Assembly (NCBI RefSeq): GCF_004765795.1
Contig: NZ_SBIV01000003.1
Span: 1 to 64,000 of the forward strand
DNA: 64,000 nt
From: Halorussus marinus
Lineage (GTDB): Archaea > Halobacteriota > Halobacteria > Halobacteriales > Haladaptataceae
Reading direction: 5' to 3'
In this document: positions 17,773 through 27,717 of the stretch, piece after piece
How the letters are laid out: every line of letters begins with the position of its first letter
Numbering within the stretch: position 1 is the first letter of the stretch
Position numbers and translations under genes: made by a program
Notes under the pieces: model-generated
Databases searched by the model: none
Seen by the model: the letters and a program-made list of their open reading frames with translations, nothing else
Told to the model about the DNA's origin: nothing

Positions 17773-19408
17773 CGCCGACGACCTCGGGGCCGTCGGCCGG
17801 TTCAGAGAAGAGCTCGACCCGATCGTGTTCCTGTTCGGCGCGGGCCTGACCGTCGGACTCATCGCGCTGTACTTCGTCGACTCCGCGCTCGTCCAGGACG
17901 GGATCGACGCGGCCAACGGCCTGATAAACCAGTATCTCAACTGGGCGTTGCTGATCATCGTGTTCCTCATCGTCCTGTTCTTGCTGTTCCTGATCGTCGG
18001 CCCGTGGGGGAACATCAAGCTCGGCGACGAGTCGCCGGAGTACAGCTTCCTGTCGTTCTTCGCGATGCTGTACTCCGCGGGGTTCGCGGCGGGCGTGGTG
18101 TTCTGGGGTCCGGCCGAGGCGCTGTTCTACTACGACAACCCCTCGCCGCTGTTCGACGTCGCGGGCGGCTCCTCGGAGGCGATGGTGATCGCGGTCCAGC
18201 AGACGATCTTCCACTGGGCGCTCCCCCAGCTCGCGGTCTTCACCATCATGGGGATCGCGATCGGCTACTTCGCGTACAACTACGAGTCGGTTCCGCTCCG
18301 GGTCTCCTCGGCGCTGACCCCGATCCTCGGCAAGGACAACCTCGACGGCGTGGGCGCGAAGATCGTCGACATCATCGCGGTCTTCGCGACCATCGGCGGC
18401 GTCGCGACCTCGCTTGGCTTTATCGGGAGCCAGTTCATCACCGGGCTCGACTACCAGTGGGGCATCGATCTGGGTGACACCGGCGTCATCCTCGTCGTCA
18501 CCGCGATGACGCTTTTGTTCACCATCTCGATGGTGCTCGGGGTCGACAAGGGGATCCGTCGACTCTCGAACTTCAACATGATCATGTTCGTCGCGCTCAT
18601 GGCGGTGGCGTTCGTCGTGGGTCCGTCGGTGTTTCTCGTGTTGCTCGGGACCCAGGCGCTGGGCGGGATGATCACCGATTTCGTCTCGATGAGCCTGTTC
18701 ACCGGCGCGGGCGCGATGGGCGGGGGCGACCCCGCCGCCACCGAGTGGATGAACGCGTGGACGGTCTTCTACTGGGCGTGGGCGCTCTCGTGGTCGCCGT
18801 TCGCGGGCCTGTTCATCGCCCGCATCTCGAAGGGCCGGACCGTCCGGGAGGTCGCGTTCACCGGCATCGGCGCGACGTCGGCCGCGACCATCCCGTGGTT
18901 CACCATCGTCGGCGGGTCGGCCGTCTGGGCCCAGCACAACGGCACCGCCGATATTCTGGGTCCCCTCGGAGAGATCGGCGCCTCGGTCGCGGGCTACGCG
19001 CTGTTCGAGACGTTCCCGTTCGGCTCGGTGCTGATGGTGGTGTTCATGCTGCTGGTGACCACCTTCTTCATCACGTCGGCCGACTCCTCGACGCTCGCGG
19101 TGTCGATGATGACCACCGGCGGGAAGGCCGAGCCCTCGAACATCAACCGCGTGTTCTGGGGCGTCGTCCTCGGGATGTTCGCCGCGATCCTGATGACCCT
19201 CGGCGGGGTCAACGCGCTCCAGGACGCGGTCATCATCACCGGCGCGCCGTTCGCGTTCGTCTGTTTCGCCGCGTTGCTCGGGCTCGTCCGGGAGTTCAGT
19301 TCGAAGTACGGGCGCGTGTTGTTGCAGGAGGAGACGGCGATCGTCGGCTCCTCGGAGTCGACCGACAAATCCGGGACCGCCACGCGGCCGAGCACCGACG
19401 ACGACTGA
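17765..19408 (+). CDS. BCCT-family (betaine/carnitine/choline, also ectoine) transporter
   Basis: MLYSAG, FWGPAE, FHWAL, WTVFYWAWALSWSPFAGLFIARISKGRT; SD GGAGGTGG upstream. Confidence 0.95.
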   Translation: MSNADDLGAVGRFREELDPIVFLFGAGLTVGLIALYFVDSALVQDGIDAANGLINQYLNWALLIIVFLIVLFLLFLIVGPWGNIKLGDESPEYSFLSFFAMLYSAGFAAGVVFWGPAEALFYYDNPSPLFDVAGGSSEAMVIAVQQTIFHWALPQLAVFTIMGIAIGYFAYNYESVPLRVSSALTPILGKDNLDGVGAKIVDIIAVFATIGGVATSLGFIGSQFITGLDYQWGIDLGDTGVILVVTAMTLLFTISMVLGVDKGIRRLSNFNMIMFVALMAVAFVVGPSVFLVLLGTQALGGMITDFVSMSLFTGAGAMGGGDPAATEWMNAWTVFYWAWALSWSPFAGLFIARISKGRTVREVAFTGIGATSAATIPWFTIVGGSAVWAQHNGTADILGPLGEIGASVAGYALFETFPFGSVLMVVFMLLVTTFFITSADSSTLAVSMMTTGGKAEPSNINRVFWGVVLGMFAAILMTLGGVNALQDAVIITGAPFAFVCFAALLGLVREFSSKYGRVLLQEETAIVGSSESTDKSGTATRPSTDDD

Positions 19409-19447
19409 GCCGCGACCCGTCTAATAACAACTTTTAATTGACGACAC

Positions 19448-19465
19448 ATACACTTTCTGTGTATG
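19448..19465 (+). promoter_or_regulatory. Palindromic candidate operator ATACAC-TTTCT-GTGTAT over the aminotransferase start
   Basis: Perfect 6-bp arms, downstream of TATA-like TTTTAAT. Confidence 0.6.
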
Positions 19466-20821
19466 GATAGGGACACCGCGGAACCCGACGCGGACGCGCT
19501 CCCCGGCCCGAACGCCGAGAAGTGGGTGCAGTTCCACGGAGAGCACGCGGCCCCGAGCGAGTACTCCCACGAGTTCGTCTGGGACATCACCGCCGAGGCC
19601 GACGGCCCGTTCGTCACCGACGTCGACGGGAACGTGCTCCTCGATTTCACCTGCCACATCGGGGCCGCGCCGCTGGGGTACAACAACGAGAAGATGCTCG
19701 ACAAGTTCGAGGAGTTCGATCTGGTCGAGCCGATGAAGATCGCCGGCCAGGACATGTACTTCGGGGCGGGTCCCGACCCCGAGTCGTCGTCGCTTCCCGG
19801 TTCGAGCCACCTGATGGCGAGGCTGACGGAGGTGTCGAGCCACTACGACATGGACACGGTCTTCCTGTCGAACTCCGGGGCCGAGGCGGTCGAGAACGCG
19901 ATGAAGATCACCTACGACCGGAACCCGACCGCCAAGTACGGCTTCGCGTTCGCCGACAGCTTCCACGGCCGGACGCTCGGGACCCTCTCGGTCACCCGGT
20001 CGAACGAGGTCTACACCCGCCACTACCCGGAGATCGCCGGCATCCGGACGGTGCCGTTCTGCGACGGCTGTGGCGGCGCCGACTCGTGTGACTGTGGGTT
20101 TTTCACCGGCGAGGGCTCCCAGCTCCGAAACGCCCTCCAGCCCGAGGGCGGCCACCTCAACCCCGACGAGGTCGGATTCGTCGTCGTCGAGCCGATTCAG
20201 GGCGTCGGCGGCTACCGGTTCCCGAGCGAGTCGTTCATGGCGGAGGTCGGTGACGTCTGTGAGACGTACGACATCCCGCTGATCGTCGACGAGATCCAGT
20301 CGGGCGTCGGCCGCACCGGCGAGATGTGGGCCGCCGACCACTACCCCATCGAGCCGGACGTGATCGCGAGCGCCAAGGGGCTCCGGGTCGGCGCGACGAT
20401 CTCGCGCTCGGACGTCTTCCCCGCCGAGTCCAATCGCCTCGGCTCGACGTTCGGCGGCGGCGACATCCTCGCGTCGATGCAGGGCGTGTTCACGCTGGAG
20501 GCGATCGAGGAACACGACCTGCTCGACAACGCGACCGAGCGGGGTCGCCAGGCCACGGAACTGCTCGCCGACGGGTCGCCCGACCACGTCGTCGACGTGC
20601 GGGGCGAAGGACTCATGCTCGCGGTCGAGTTCGACGCCGCCGACCGGCGCGACGCCGTGGTCGAGGAGTCGCTGAAGCGGGGCCTGCTCACCCTCGGCTG
20701 TGGGACCAAGACCATCCGACTGCTCCCGCCGCTCGACGCGACCGAGCGCGAGATCGAGCTCGGCATCGGTATCTTCACCGACGCCGTCGAAGCCGCCGGC
20801 CGCGCGTCGCGGGTCGCGTAG
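19463..20821 (+). CDS. Class III PLP aminotransferase (4-aminobutyrate/ornithine-like)
   Basis: NSGAEAVENAMK, SFHGRT, EPIQGVGG, VDEIQSG, ASAK. Confidence 0.9.
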   Translation: MDRDTAEPDADALPGPNAEKWVQFHGEHAAPSEYSHEFVWDITAEADGPFVTDVDGNVLLDFTCHIGAAPLGYNNEKMLDKFEEFDLVEPMKIAGQDMYFGAGPDPESSSLPGSSHLMARLTEVSSHYDMDTVFLSNSGAEAVENAMKITYDRNPTAKYGFAFADSFHGRTLGTLSVTRSNEVYTRHYPEIAGIRTVPFCDGCGGADSCDCGFFTGEGSQLRNALQPEGGHLNPDEVGFVVVEPIQGVGGYRFPSESFMAEVGDVCETYDIPLIVDEIQSGVGRTGEMWAADHYPIEPDVIASAKGLRVGATISRSDVFPAESNRLGSTFGGGDILASMQGVFTLEAIEEHDLLDNATERGRQATELLADGSPDHVVDVRGEGLMLAVEFDAADRRDAVVEESLKRGLLTLGCGTKTIRLLPPLDATEREIELGIGIFTDAVEAAGRASRVA

Positions 20822-20929
20822 GACCCGGATCACGACGATCGGCGTCCGGCGTCCGAGTGCTCGGACCGAATCGAGCTCGGAGGCGAGACGCCAGACGCGC
20901 CTCGGCGCGGACCGACTCCTCGCCGGACG

Positions 20930-21100
20930 TCAGTCCTCGACCGCGACCCCGTCGAGAGCGTCCAGCCCGTCGAGCGTCTCCGCGAGGTGCTCGGGGCCGC
21001 TACCGGCTATCGCGGCGGCGACGGGGGTTCGGTTCGGATCGGCGGTCTCGACGTCGGCGTGAGTGACGACGTCGTCGGCGTCGGGGGCGCGCTCGGTCAT
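20930..21100 (-). pseudogene. Internally deleted threonine ammonia-lyase (IlvA/EutB-like) remnant, 56 aa
   Basis: VVTHADVETA resembles IlvA N-termini; GSGPEHLAETL resembles the ACT C-terminus TRGPEHVETLL of the ilvA at 60090; ATGA overlap with amidohydrolase. Confidence 0.55.
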
Positions 21101-22377
21101 GCGCCGTCGGTCGCGACCGAGCGGATCGACTCGGTCAACACCTCGACACCGGTCGCGAGGCTCCGCTCGTCGACGTCGAACGTCTCGGTGTGGTGGCTCG
21201 TCGGGTGGTCGGTGCCGACGATGAGGTACGACGCGAGCCCGCCCGCCTCCTGGACGCGCTCCATCAGGAAGGTGGCGTCCTCGCTCGCGCCGAAATCGGC
21301 GGTCGGCACGACGGTGTCGACGCCCTCGACGCCGCGGGCGGCGTCCGCGACGACGTCGACGAGTTCGGGGTCGCTGTCGGCCCGCGGCGACTCGCTGACC
21401 ACCTCGACCGTCGCCTCACAGCCGTGCATCTCGGCGGCGGTCTCGACGGTCTCGGTCAGCCGGCCTTTCGCGTACTCCATCAGCTCGGTGGTCTCCCCGC
21501 GGGCCTCGGCGACGAGGTCGGCGCGCTCGGCGATCACGTTGCTCGCGGTCCCAGACGACGCCTTGCCGACGTTCACCCGGGTCATCCCGTCCTCGTGGCG
21601 CGGGATGGCGTAGGCGTTCTGGATCGCGGTGCCGAGCGCCTGCATCGCGTTGTCGCCGTCCTGTGGGGCCTTTCCGGCGTGGGCGGAGGTCCCCCGGATG
21701 GTCGCGTCGACGTGGCACATCGCCAGCGGGCGCTCGATGCCTGCGACCACCTCGCCGGTCGGGTGGTCGAGGCCGACGTGGACCGCCAAGAAGTAATCGA
21801 GCCCTTCGGCGAACCGGCTCCGGGCCATCGGGTAGCCGCCGCCGGAAGTTTCCTCGGCGGGCTGGAAGAAGACGACCAGCCGACCCGCGAAGTCGCTGTC
21901 TTTGATCGCTTCGAGCGTCGCCAGCCCCCAGGTCATGTGGGCGTCGTGGCCGCAGGCGTGCATCGTCTCGCCGGTCTCCGACCGGAACCCCTCGGCGGCC
22001 GGAGCGTGGTCGTCGGCGCTCGACTCCTCGATGAACAGCCCGTCGATGTCGACCCGAAGGCCCACTGTCGGCCCCTCGCCCCGGTCGAGCACCGCGATCG
22101 CGCCGGTGTTGCCGCCCGCCATCGCGTCGAGGAGCCCGGGGTCCGCGCCCCGGTCGCGCGCGCGCTCGAACCACCGTTCGACGCTGTCGTCGTCGGGCAC
22201 CGCCATCCGGTCGTCGGGGTCGTACGCGTCGGGACCGACGGCGAGCTCGTCGACGCCGATCCGTTCGAGCGCCTCGACCAGCAGGTGGGTGGTGTAGAAC
22301 TCGCGCCACGCCGGCTCCGGATACCGGTGGAACTCGCGTCGGGTCTCGGCCAGTTCGTCTCGAACCGTCTCTGGCAT
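21097..22377 (-). CDS. M20-family amidohydrolase (AbgA-like)
   Basis: RREFHRYPEPAWREF, LRVDIDGL, MHACGHDAH, FQPAEE, GASEDA, HH. Confidence 0.9.
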   Translation of the reverse strand: MPETVRDELAETRREFHRYPEPAWREFYTTHLLVEALERIGVDELAVGPDAYDPDDRMAVPDDDSVERWFERARDRGADPGLLDAMAGGNTGAIAVLDRGEGPTVGLRVDIDGLFIEESSADDHAPAAEGFRSETGETMHACGHDAHMTWGLATLEAIKDSDFAGRLVVFFQPAEETSGGGYPMARSRFAEGLDYFLAVHVGLDHPTGEVVAGIERPLAMCHVDATIRGTSAHAGKAPQDGDNAMQALGTAIQNAYAIPRHEDGMTRVNVGKASSGTASNVIAERADLVAEARGETTELMEYAKGRLTETVETAAEMHGCEATVEVVSESPRADSDPELVDVVADAARGVEGVDTVVPTADFGASEDATFLMERVQEAGGLASYLIVGTDHPTSHHTETFDVDERSLATGVEVLTESIRSVATDGA

Positions 22378-22510
22378 GCGTGGACCTCACACGCTCCAGC
22401 CACTTATTTGTAAACGCTTTCCGTTAATAGTGGCTACACAAAGGATTAAGTCCGCCACTCGCCATGGGTCGAACACTCACAGCGCGTCCGCGAGACGCGA
22501 CCACCCAACC

Positions 22511-23482
22511 ATGAACGAGAAACCCGACGTCGTCGTCCTTCGGGAGGGGACCGAAGGGCTATCGATGGAATCGTACGCCGACGAACTGCGCGACCGACTC
22601 CCCGACCGCACCGTCGCGCTCGCGCGTACGCCGAGCGAGGAGCGCGAACTCGTCGCCGACGCCCGGGTCGTCACCGGCATCACCGTCGACGAGGAGACGC
22701 TCTCGGGAGCCCAACGGCTCGAACTGTTCGCCTGCACGTTCGCGGGCACCGACCACGTCCCGATGGACGCGTTCGCCGACCGCGGGGTCGCGGTCACGAA
22801 CGCCGGCGGCATCCACGCGCCCGGCATCGCCGAGCAGGCGATCGGCAACATGCTCGCGTTCGCGCGCCGGCTCCACGAGGGGTGGCGGCGCAAGCGGAAC
22901 CGCGAGTGGCGCCACTTCCAGTCGAGCGAGTTCACCGACAGCACCGTCACCGTGATCGGGCTCGGCTCCATCGGACAGGCGGTCGTCCAGCGCCTCGACG
23001 GGTTCGAGGTCGACACGATCGGCGTCCGCTACACCCCCTCGAAGGGCGGGCCGACCGACGAGGTCGTCGGCTTCGACGAGGAGGCGATCCACGACGCCCT
23101 CTCGCGCAGCGAGTACGTCGTCGTCGCCTGCCCGCTCAACGACATGACCCGCGGGCTGATCGGCGAGGCCGAACTGGCGACGCTCCCGACCGACGCCGTG
23201 GTGGTCAACGCCGCCCGCGGCCCCATCGTCGACACCGACGCGCTCGTCTCGGCGCTGCGCTCGAACAAGATCCGGGGCGCGGCCCTCGACGTGACCGACC
23301 CCGAGCCCCTGCCCGAGGACCACGCGCTCTGGACCCTCGAAAACTGCCTGATCACGCCCCACACCGGCGGCCACACCCCGCGCCACTGGGAGCGGCTCGC
23401 CGACATCGTCGCCGACAACGTCGAACGGCTCGACTCGGGCGCGGCGCTCGAAAACCAAGTACTTGCGCCCGAGTCCCGTTAG
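22511..23482 (+). CDS. D-2-hydroxyacid dehydrogenase
   Basis: GLGSIG, VNAARG, AALDV..EPL, TPHTGG. Confidence 0.92.
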   Translation: MNEKPDVVVLREGTEGLSMESYADELRDRLPDRTVALARTPSEERELVADARVVTGITVDEETLSGAQRLELFACTFAGTDHVPMDAFADRGVAVTNAGGIHAPGIAEQAIGNMLAFARRLHEGWRRKRNREWRHFQSSEFTDSTVTVIGLGSIGQAVVQRLDGFEVDTIGVRYTPSKGGPTDEVVGFDEEAIHDALSRSEYVVVACPLNDMTRGLIGEAELATLPTDAVVVNAARGPIVDTDALVSALRSNKIRGAALDVTDPEPLPEDHALWTLENCLITPHTGGHTPRHWERLADIVADNVERLDSGAALENQVLAPESR

Positions 23483-23491
23483 CTCGAACAG

Positions 23492-26400
23492 ATGGCCACA
23501 CACGACACCCCGGCCGCCGACGAGCGGCCGGACCGCGACGACGATCCGGCGGCCGACCCGCGGGCCGACTACGACTACGTCGGCGGCGGCGTCGCCGACG
23601 CGGAGCTCGTCGGAGACCTCCGCGACCGGATCGACGGCGAGGTCCGCTTCGATTCGTACTCCCGCCAGCTGTACGCGACCGACGCCAGCGCCTACGAGGT
23701 GACGCCGATCGGCGTCGTCCTCCCGGCCTCGACCGCGGACGTCGCGGCGGTCGTCGAGTACTGCGCCGACCGCGAGATCCCGGTCCTCCCGCGGGGTGGC
23801 GGGACCAGCCTCGCCGGGCAGGCGGTCAACGAGGCGGTCGTGCTCGATTTCACGACCCACATGGGCGAGCTGGTCGAGGTCGACCCCGACGACCGCCGGG
23901 CGCGGATGCAGGCCGGTGCGGTCCTCGCGGAGCTCAACGACGAGCTCGCGCCCCACGGTCTGAAGTTCGCGCCCGACCCCGCCGCGGGCAACCGGAGCAC
24001 CGTCGGCGGTGCGATCGGGAACAACTCGACGGGGGCTCACTCGCTGAAGTACGGCAAGACCGACGCGTACGTCGAGTCGTGCGAGGTCGTCTTGGCGGAC
24101 GGCACCGTGACGACGTTCGGCGAGGTCTCGCTCGACGAACTCCGAGCCCGGGCCGACCCGGCGGCCGAGGACCTCCAAGCCCGCATCTACGCCGAGGTCG
24201 CTCGCATCGTCGACGAGGAAGCCGAGGCGGTTCGGGACGTCTACCCCCAGCTCAAGCGCAACGTCTCGGGGTACAACCTCGATCGATTGATAGCCGAGGC
24301 CGAGGACGGCTCGGTCAACCTCGCGCGCCTGCTCGCCGGGAGCGAGGGCACCCTCGGGATCGTCACCGAGGCGACGGTCTCGCTCGAACCCGTCCCCGAG
24401 ACCAAGGCGGTCGCGCTCCTCACGTACCCCGACCTGCTGGACGCGATGGCCGACGTCGACGACATCGTCCGGGACCACGACCCGGCGGCCGTCGAGGCCA
24501 TCGACGACGTGTTGCTCGATCTGGCCCGAGACACCGAGGAGTTCGCGGACGTGGTCGGGATGCTCCCGTCGGGGACCGAGACCGCGCTACTCGTGGAGTT
24601 CTACGCCGAGGACGACGCCCGCGGCCGCGAGCAGGTCGCGGACCTGCTCGACGACCGCGTGGGCGACCGGGCGTTCGACGCGCTCGAAGCCCACGACGCC
24701 GACGAGCGCGCCCAGCTCTGGAAGCTCCGGAAGTCCGGGATGCCGATCCTGCTCTCTAGGACCTCCGACGCCAAACACATCTCGTTCATCGAGGACACCG
24801 CGGTCCCGACCGAGAACCTCGCCGACTACGTCGCGGAGTTCCAGCGGGTCCTCGAAGACAACGACACGTTCGCGAGCTTCTACGCCCACGCCGGTCCCGG
24901 GTGTATGCACATGCGCCCGCTGGTCGACACCAAGAGCCCGGCGGGAGTCAACCAGATGGAGTCCATCTCGGACGCGGTGACCGACCTCGTCGTAGAGTAC
25001 GGCGGGAGCGTCTCGGGCGAACACGGCGACGGCCGCGCCCGGACCCAGTGGAACCGCAAGCTCTACGGCGACCACGTCTGGGGCGTGTTTCGCGATCTCA
25101 AGACCGCGTTCGACCCCGACTGGCTGCTCAACCCCGGGCAGGTGTGTGGCGACGTCGACATGACCGAGAACCTGCGATTCGACCCCGACTACGAGTTCGA
25201 GGCCGGCTTCGATCCGGCGCTCGACTGGGCCAACGAGAACGGCTTTCAGGGGATGGCCGAACTCTGTCACGGCTGTGGGGGCTGTCGGGGCGAGCAGGAG
25301 ACCACCGGCGGCGTGATGTGTCCGACCTACCGGGCCGCCGACGAGGAGAGCCTCAGCACGCGCGGCCGGGCGAACATGCTCCGGCAGGCGATGAGCGGCG
25401 ACCTCGATCAGGATTCGACCGACACCGAGTTCGTCGCCGAGGTGATGGACCTCTGTATCGGCTGTAAGGGCTGTAAGCGCGACTGTCCGAGCGAGGTCGA
25501 CATGGCGAAGCTCAAAGCCGAGGTCGAACACGCCCACCACGAGGAGCACGGCGCCGACCTCCGCGAGCGCCTCTTCTCGGAGGTCGACCGGCTCAACGCG
25601 GTCGGATCGGCGCTCGCGCCCCTCTCGAACTGGGCCGAGAAGCTCCCGGGGGCCCGCACCCTCCTGGAGAAGACCGTCGGCATCGCCCGCGAGCGCGAGC
25701 TCCCGACGTTCCACCGCGAGAGCTTCGTCGACTGGTTCGAGGCCCGGGGCGGTCCCCGTGTCTCTGCGGCCGACGCGGTCCGGAAGGTCGCGCTGTTCCC
25801 CGACGCGTACACCAACTACAACCATCCCGAGGCCGGGAAGGCGGCGGTCCGCGTCCTCGAAGCCGCGGGGGTCCGGGTCCGGATCCCGGCGGACGTGACC
25901 TCGACCGGGCGGCCGGCCCACTCGAAGGGCTTTCTCGACAAGTCCCGCGAGCGCGCCGCGCAGAACGTCGACGCGCTCGCGCCGAAGGTCGAAGACGGCT
26001 GGGAGGTGGTGCTGGTCGAGCCCTCCGACGCCGTGATGCTCCAGTCGGACTACCTCGACCTGCTGGGCGAGACGACCGACGCCGAGCGGGTGGCGAGAAA
26101 CACCTACGGCGTGCTGGAGTATCTCGACCGGTTCGACCTGACCGACGCGGTCGCGTTCGACGCGCCAGACGAGTCGGTGACCTACCACGGCCACTGCCAC
26201 CAGAAGGCGACCAAGAAAGACCACCACGCCGCCGCGGTGCTCGACGCGGCGGGCTACGAGGTGGACCCGCTGGACTCGGGATGTTGCGGGATGGCCGGGA
26301 GCTTCGGCTACGAGGCCGAACACTACTCGATGAGCAGAGCGATCGGCGAGATCCTGTTCGAGCAGGTCGAGGCCAGCGACGGCGACGTGGTGGTCGCGCC

Positions 26401-26497
26401 CGGCGCGTCGTGTCGGACCCAGCTCGGCGACCGGGATGGCGACGCCCCCGAGCCGCCCCACCCGATCGAGAAGGTCGCCGACGCCGCCGGCCGGTAG
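23492..26497 (+). CDS. FAD-linked oxidase with 4Fe-4S and CCG domains (D-lactate/glycolate dehydrogenase-like)
   Basis: PRGGGTSLAGQ, GSEGTLG, SGEHGDG, CHGCGGC, CIGCKGC, CCGMAGSFG. Confidence 0.92.
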   Translation: MATHDTPAADERPDRDDDPAADPRADYDYVGGGVADAELVGDLRDRIDGEVRFDSYSRQLYATDASAYEVTPIGVVLPASTADVAAVVEYCADREIPVLPRGGGTSLAGQAVNEAVVLDFTTHMGELVEVDPDDRRARMQAGAVLAELNDELAPHGLKFAPDPAAGNRSTVGGAIGNNSTGAHSLKYGKTDAYVESCEVVLADGTVTTFGEVSLDELRARADPAAEDLQARIYAEVARIVDEEAEAVRDVYPQLKRNVSGYNLDRLIAEAEDGSVNLARLLAGSEGTLGIVTEATVSLEPVPETKAVALLTYPDLLDAMADVDDIVRDHDPAAVEAIDDVLLDLARDTEEFADVVGMLPSGTETALLVEFYAEDDARGREQVADLLDDRVGDRAFDALEAHDADERAQLWKLRKSGMPILLSRTSDAKHISFIEDTAVPTENLADYVAEFQRVLEDNDTFASFYAHAGPGCMHMRPLVDTKSPAGVNQMESISDAVTDLVVEYGGSVSGEHGDGRARTQWNRKLYGDHVWGVFRDLKTAFDPDWLLNPGQVCGDVDMTENLRFDPDYEFEAGFDPALDWANENGFQGMAELCHGCGGCRGEQETTGGVMCPTYRAADEESLSTRGRANMLRQAMSGDLDQDSTDTEFVAEVMDLCIGCKGCKRDCPSEVDMAKLKAEVEHAHHEEHGADLRERLFSEVDRLNAVGSALAPLSNWAEKLPGARTLLEKTVGIARERELPTFHRESFVDWFEARGGPRVSAADAVRKVALFPDAYTNYNHPEAGKAAVRVLEAAGVRVRIPADVTSTGRPAHSKGFLDKSRERAAQNVDALAPKVEDGWEVVLVEPSDAVMLQSDYLDLLGETTDAERVARNTYGVLEYLDRFDLTDAVAFDAPDESVTYHGHCHQKATKKDHHAAAVLDAAGYEVDPLDSGCCGMAGSFGYEAEHYSMSRAIGEILFEQVEASDGDVVVAPGASCRTQLGDRDGDAPEPPHPIEKVADAAGR

Positions 26498-26538
26498 GCC
26501 GGGCCCGGCGCCGTCTCGGGGCGGTCCGCGCCCCGCGT

Positions 26539-27717
26539 TCAGGCCGTGAACAGCTCTCGCGGGAACTCCGCGAGCACCTCCGCGCCGCTGGACGTGACCC
26601 GGAAGGTCTCGCTGAGCTCGACGCCGAAGTCGTCGAACCACAGTCCCGGGATCATGTGGAAGGTCATGTTCTCCTCCAGGATCGTCTCGTCGCCCGGCCG
26701 GATGCTGGCGGTGTGCTCGCCCCAGTCCGGCGGGTAGCCCAGCCCCATCGAGTAGCCGATCCGGTCTTCTTTCTCGACGTCGTACTTCGCGATCGTCTCG
26801 CGCCACGCCTTCTCGACGGACTCGGCGGTCACGCCGGGTTCGACCGCGTCGAGCGCGGCGTCGATGCCCTCGACCACGATGTCGGCGGTCTCTTGGACCT
26901 CCGCCGGCGGGTCGCCGACGAACGTCGTCCGCGCGAGCGGCGAGTGGTACCGATGACGACAGCCCGACAGCTCGATGATGACCGGGTCGCCGTCCTCGAA
27001 CTCCCGGTCGGTCCAGGTGAGGTGGGGCGTCCCGGTGTGGTCGCCCGACGGCATCAGGGGCACGATCGAGGGGTAGTCGCCGCCGTACTCGTCGGTGCCG
27101 TCGACGAGCGCCGAGTAGATCGCCTCGGCGGCCTCGTACTCCGGGACGCCCTCGCCGATGGCGTCGAGCCCCGCGGCCATCGCGTTCTCGGAGATGCGGG
27201 CGGCCTGGCGCATGTACTCTAACTCCTGCTCGGATTTCTCGACCCGGGCCCAGTTGACCAACAGCGTGTGGTCCTCGAAGTCGGCCTCCGGGAGGTTCTT
27301 CTGGAGGCGAGTGTAGGACTTGGCGGTGAAGTAGTAGGCGTCCATCTCCAGTCCGACCGTACCGTCGGCGACTCCGAGCGCCTCCAGTTGGTCGGCGAGA
27401 AAGTCCATCGGATGGAGGTCGTACGGCGAGTGAACGTGGTCGTCGCTGTACGCCCGGATGCTGTCCTCGTCGAGCGTCGTGGTCGCCCGAGCGCCGTTGG
27501 CGTCCATCTCCCGGCCCACCCACACCGGTTCGTCGCGGTCCGGGGTCACGATGACCGCCTGATGGACGTAAAACGACCAGCCGTCGTATCCCGTGAGGTA
27601 GTTCATGTTCGCGGGGTCGGAGACGACGAGCGCGTCCAACTCCTCCTCGCGCAGTCGCGTTTTCGTCCGTTCGATTCGGCGTTCGTACTCGCTCTCGTCG
27701 AAGATCACCTGAGACAT
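26539..27717 (-). CDS. doeA: M24-family hydrolase, ectoine hydrolase DoeA/EutD-like
   Basis: DPANMNYLTGYDGWSFYVHQ, PHLTW, GCRHRYHSPLART, GYPPDWGE, TFHM match my recollection of the DoeA/EutD consensus; lacks canonical prolidase metal ligands. Confidence 0.78.
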   Translation of the reverse strand: MSQVIFDESEYERRIERTKTRLREEELDALVVSDPANMNYLTGYDGWSFYVHQAVIVTPDRDEPVWVGREMDANGARATTTLDEDSIRAYSDDHVHSPYDLHPMDFLADQLEALGVADGTVGLEMDAYYFTAKSYTRLQKNLPEADFEDHTLLVNWARVEKSEQELEYMRQAARISENAMAAGLDAIGEGVPEYEAAEAIYSALVDGTDEYGGDYPSIVPLMPSGDHTGTPHLTWTDREFEDGDPVIIELSGCRHRYHSPLARTTFVGDPPAEVQETADIVVEGIDAALDAVEPGVTAESVEKAWRETIAKYDVEKEDRIGYSMGLGYPPDWGEHTASIRPGDETILEENMTFHMIPGLWFDDFGVELSETFRVTSSGAEVLAEFPRELFTA

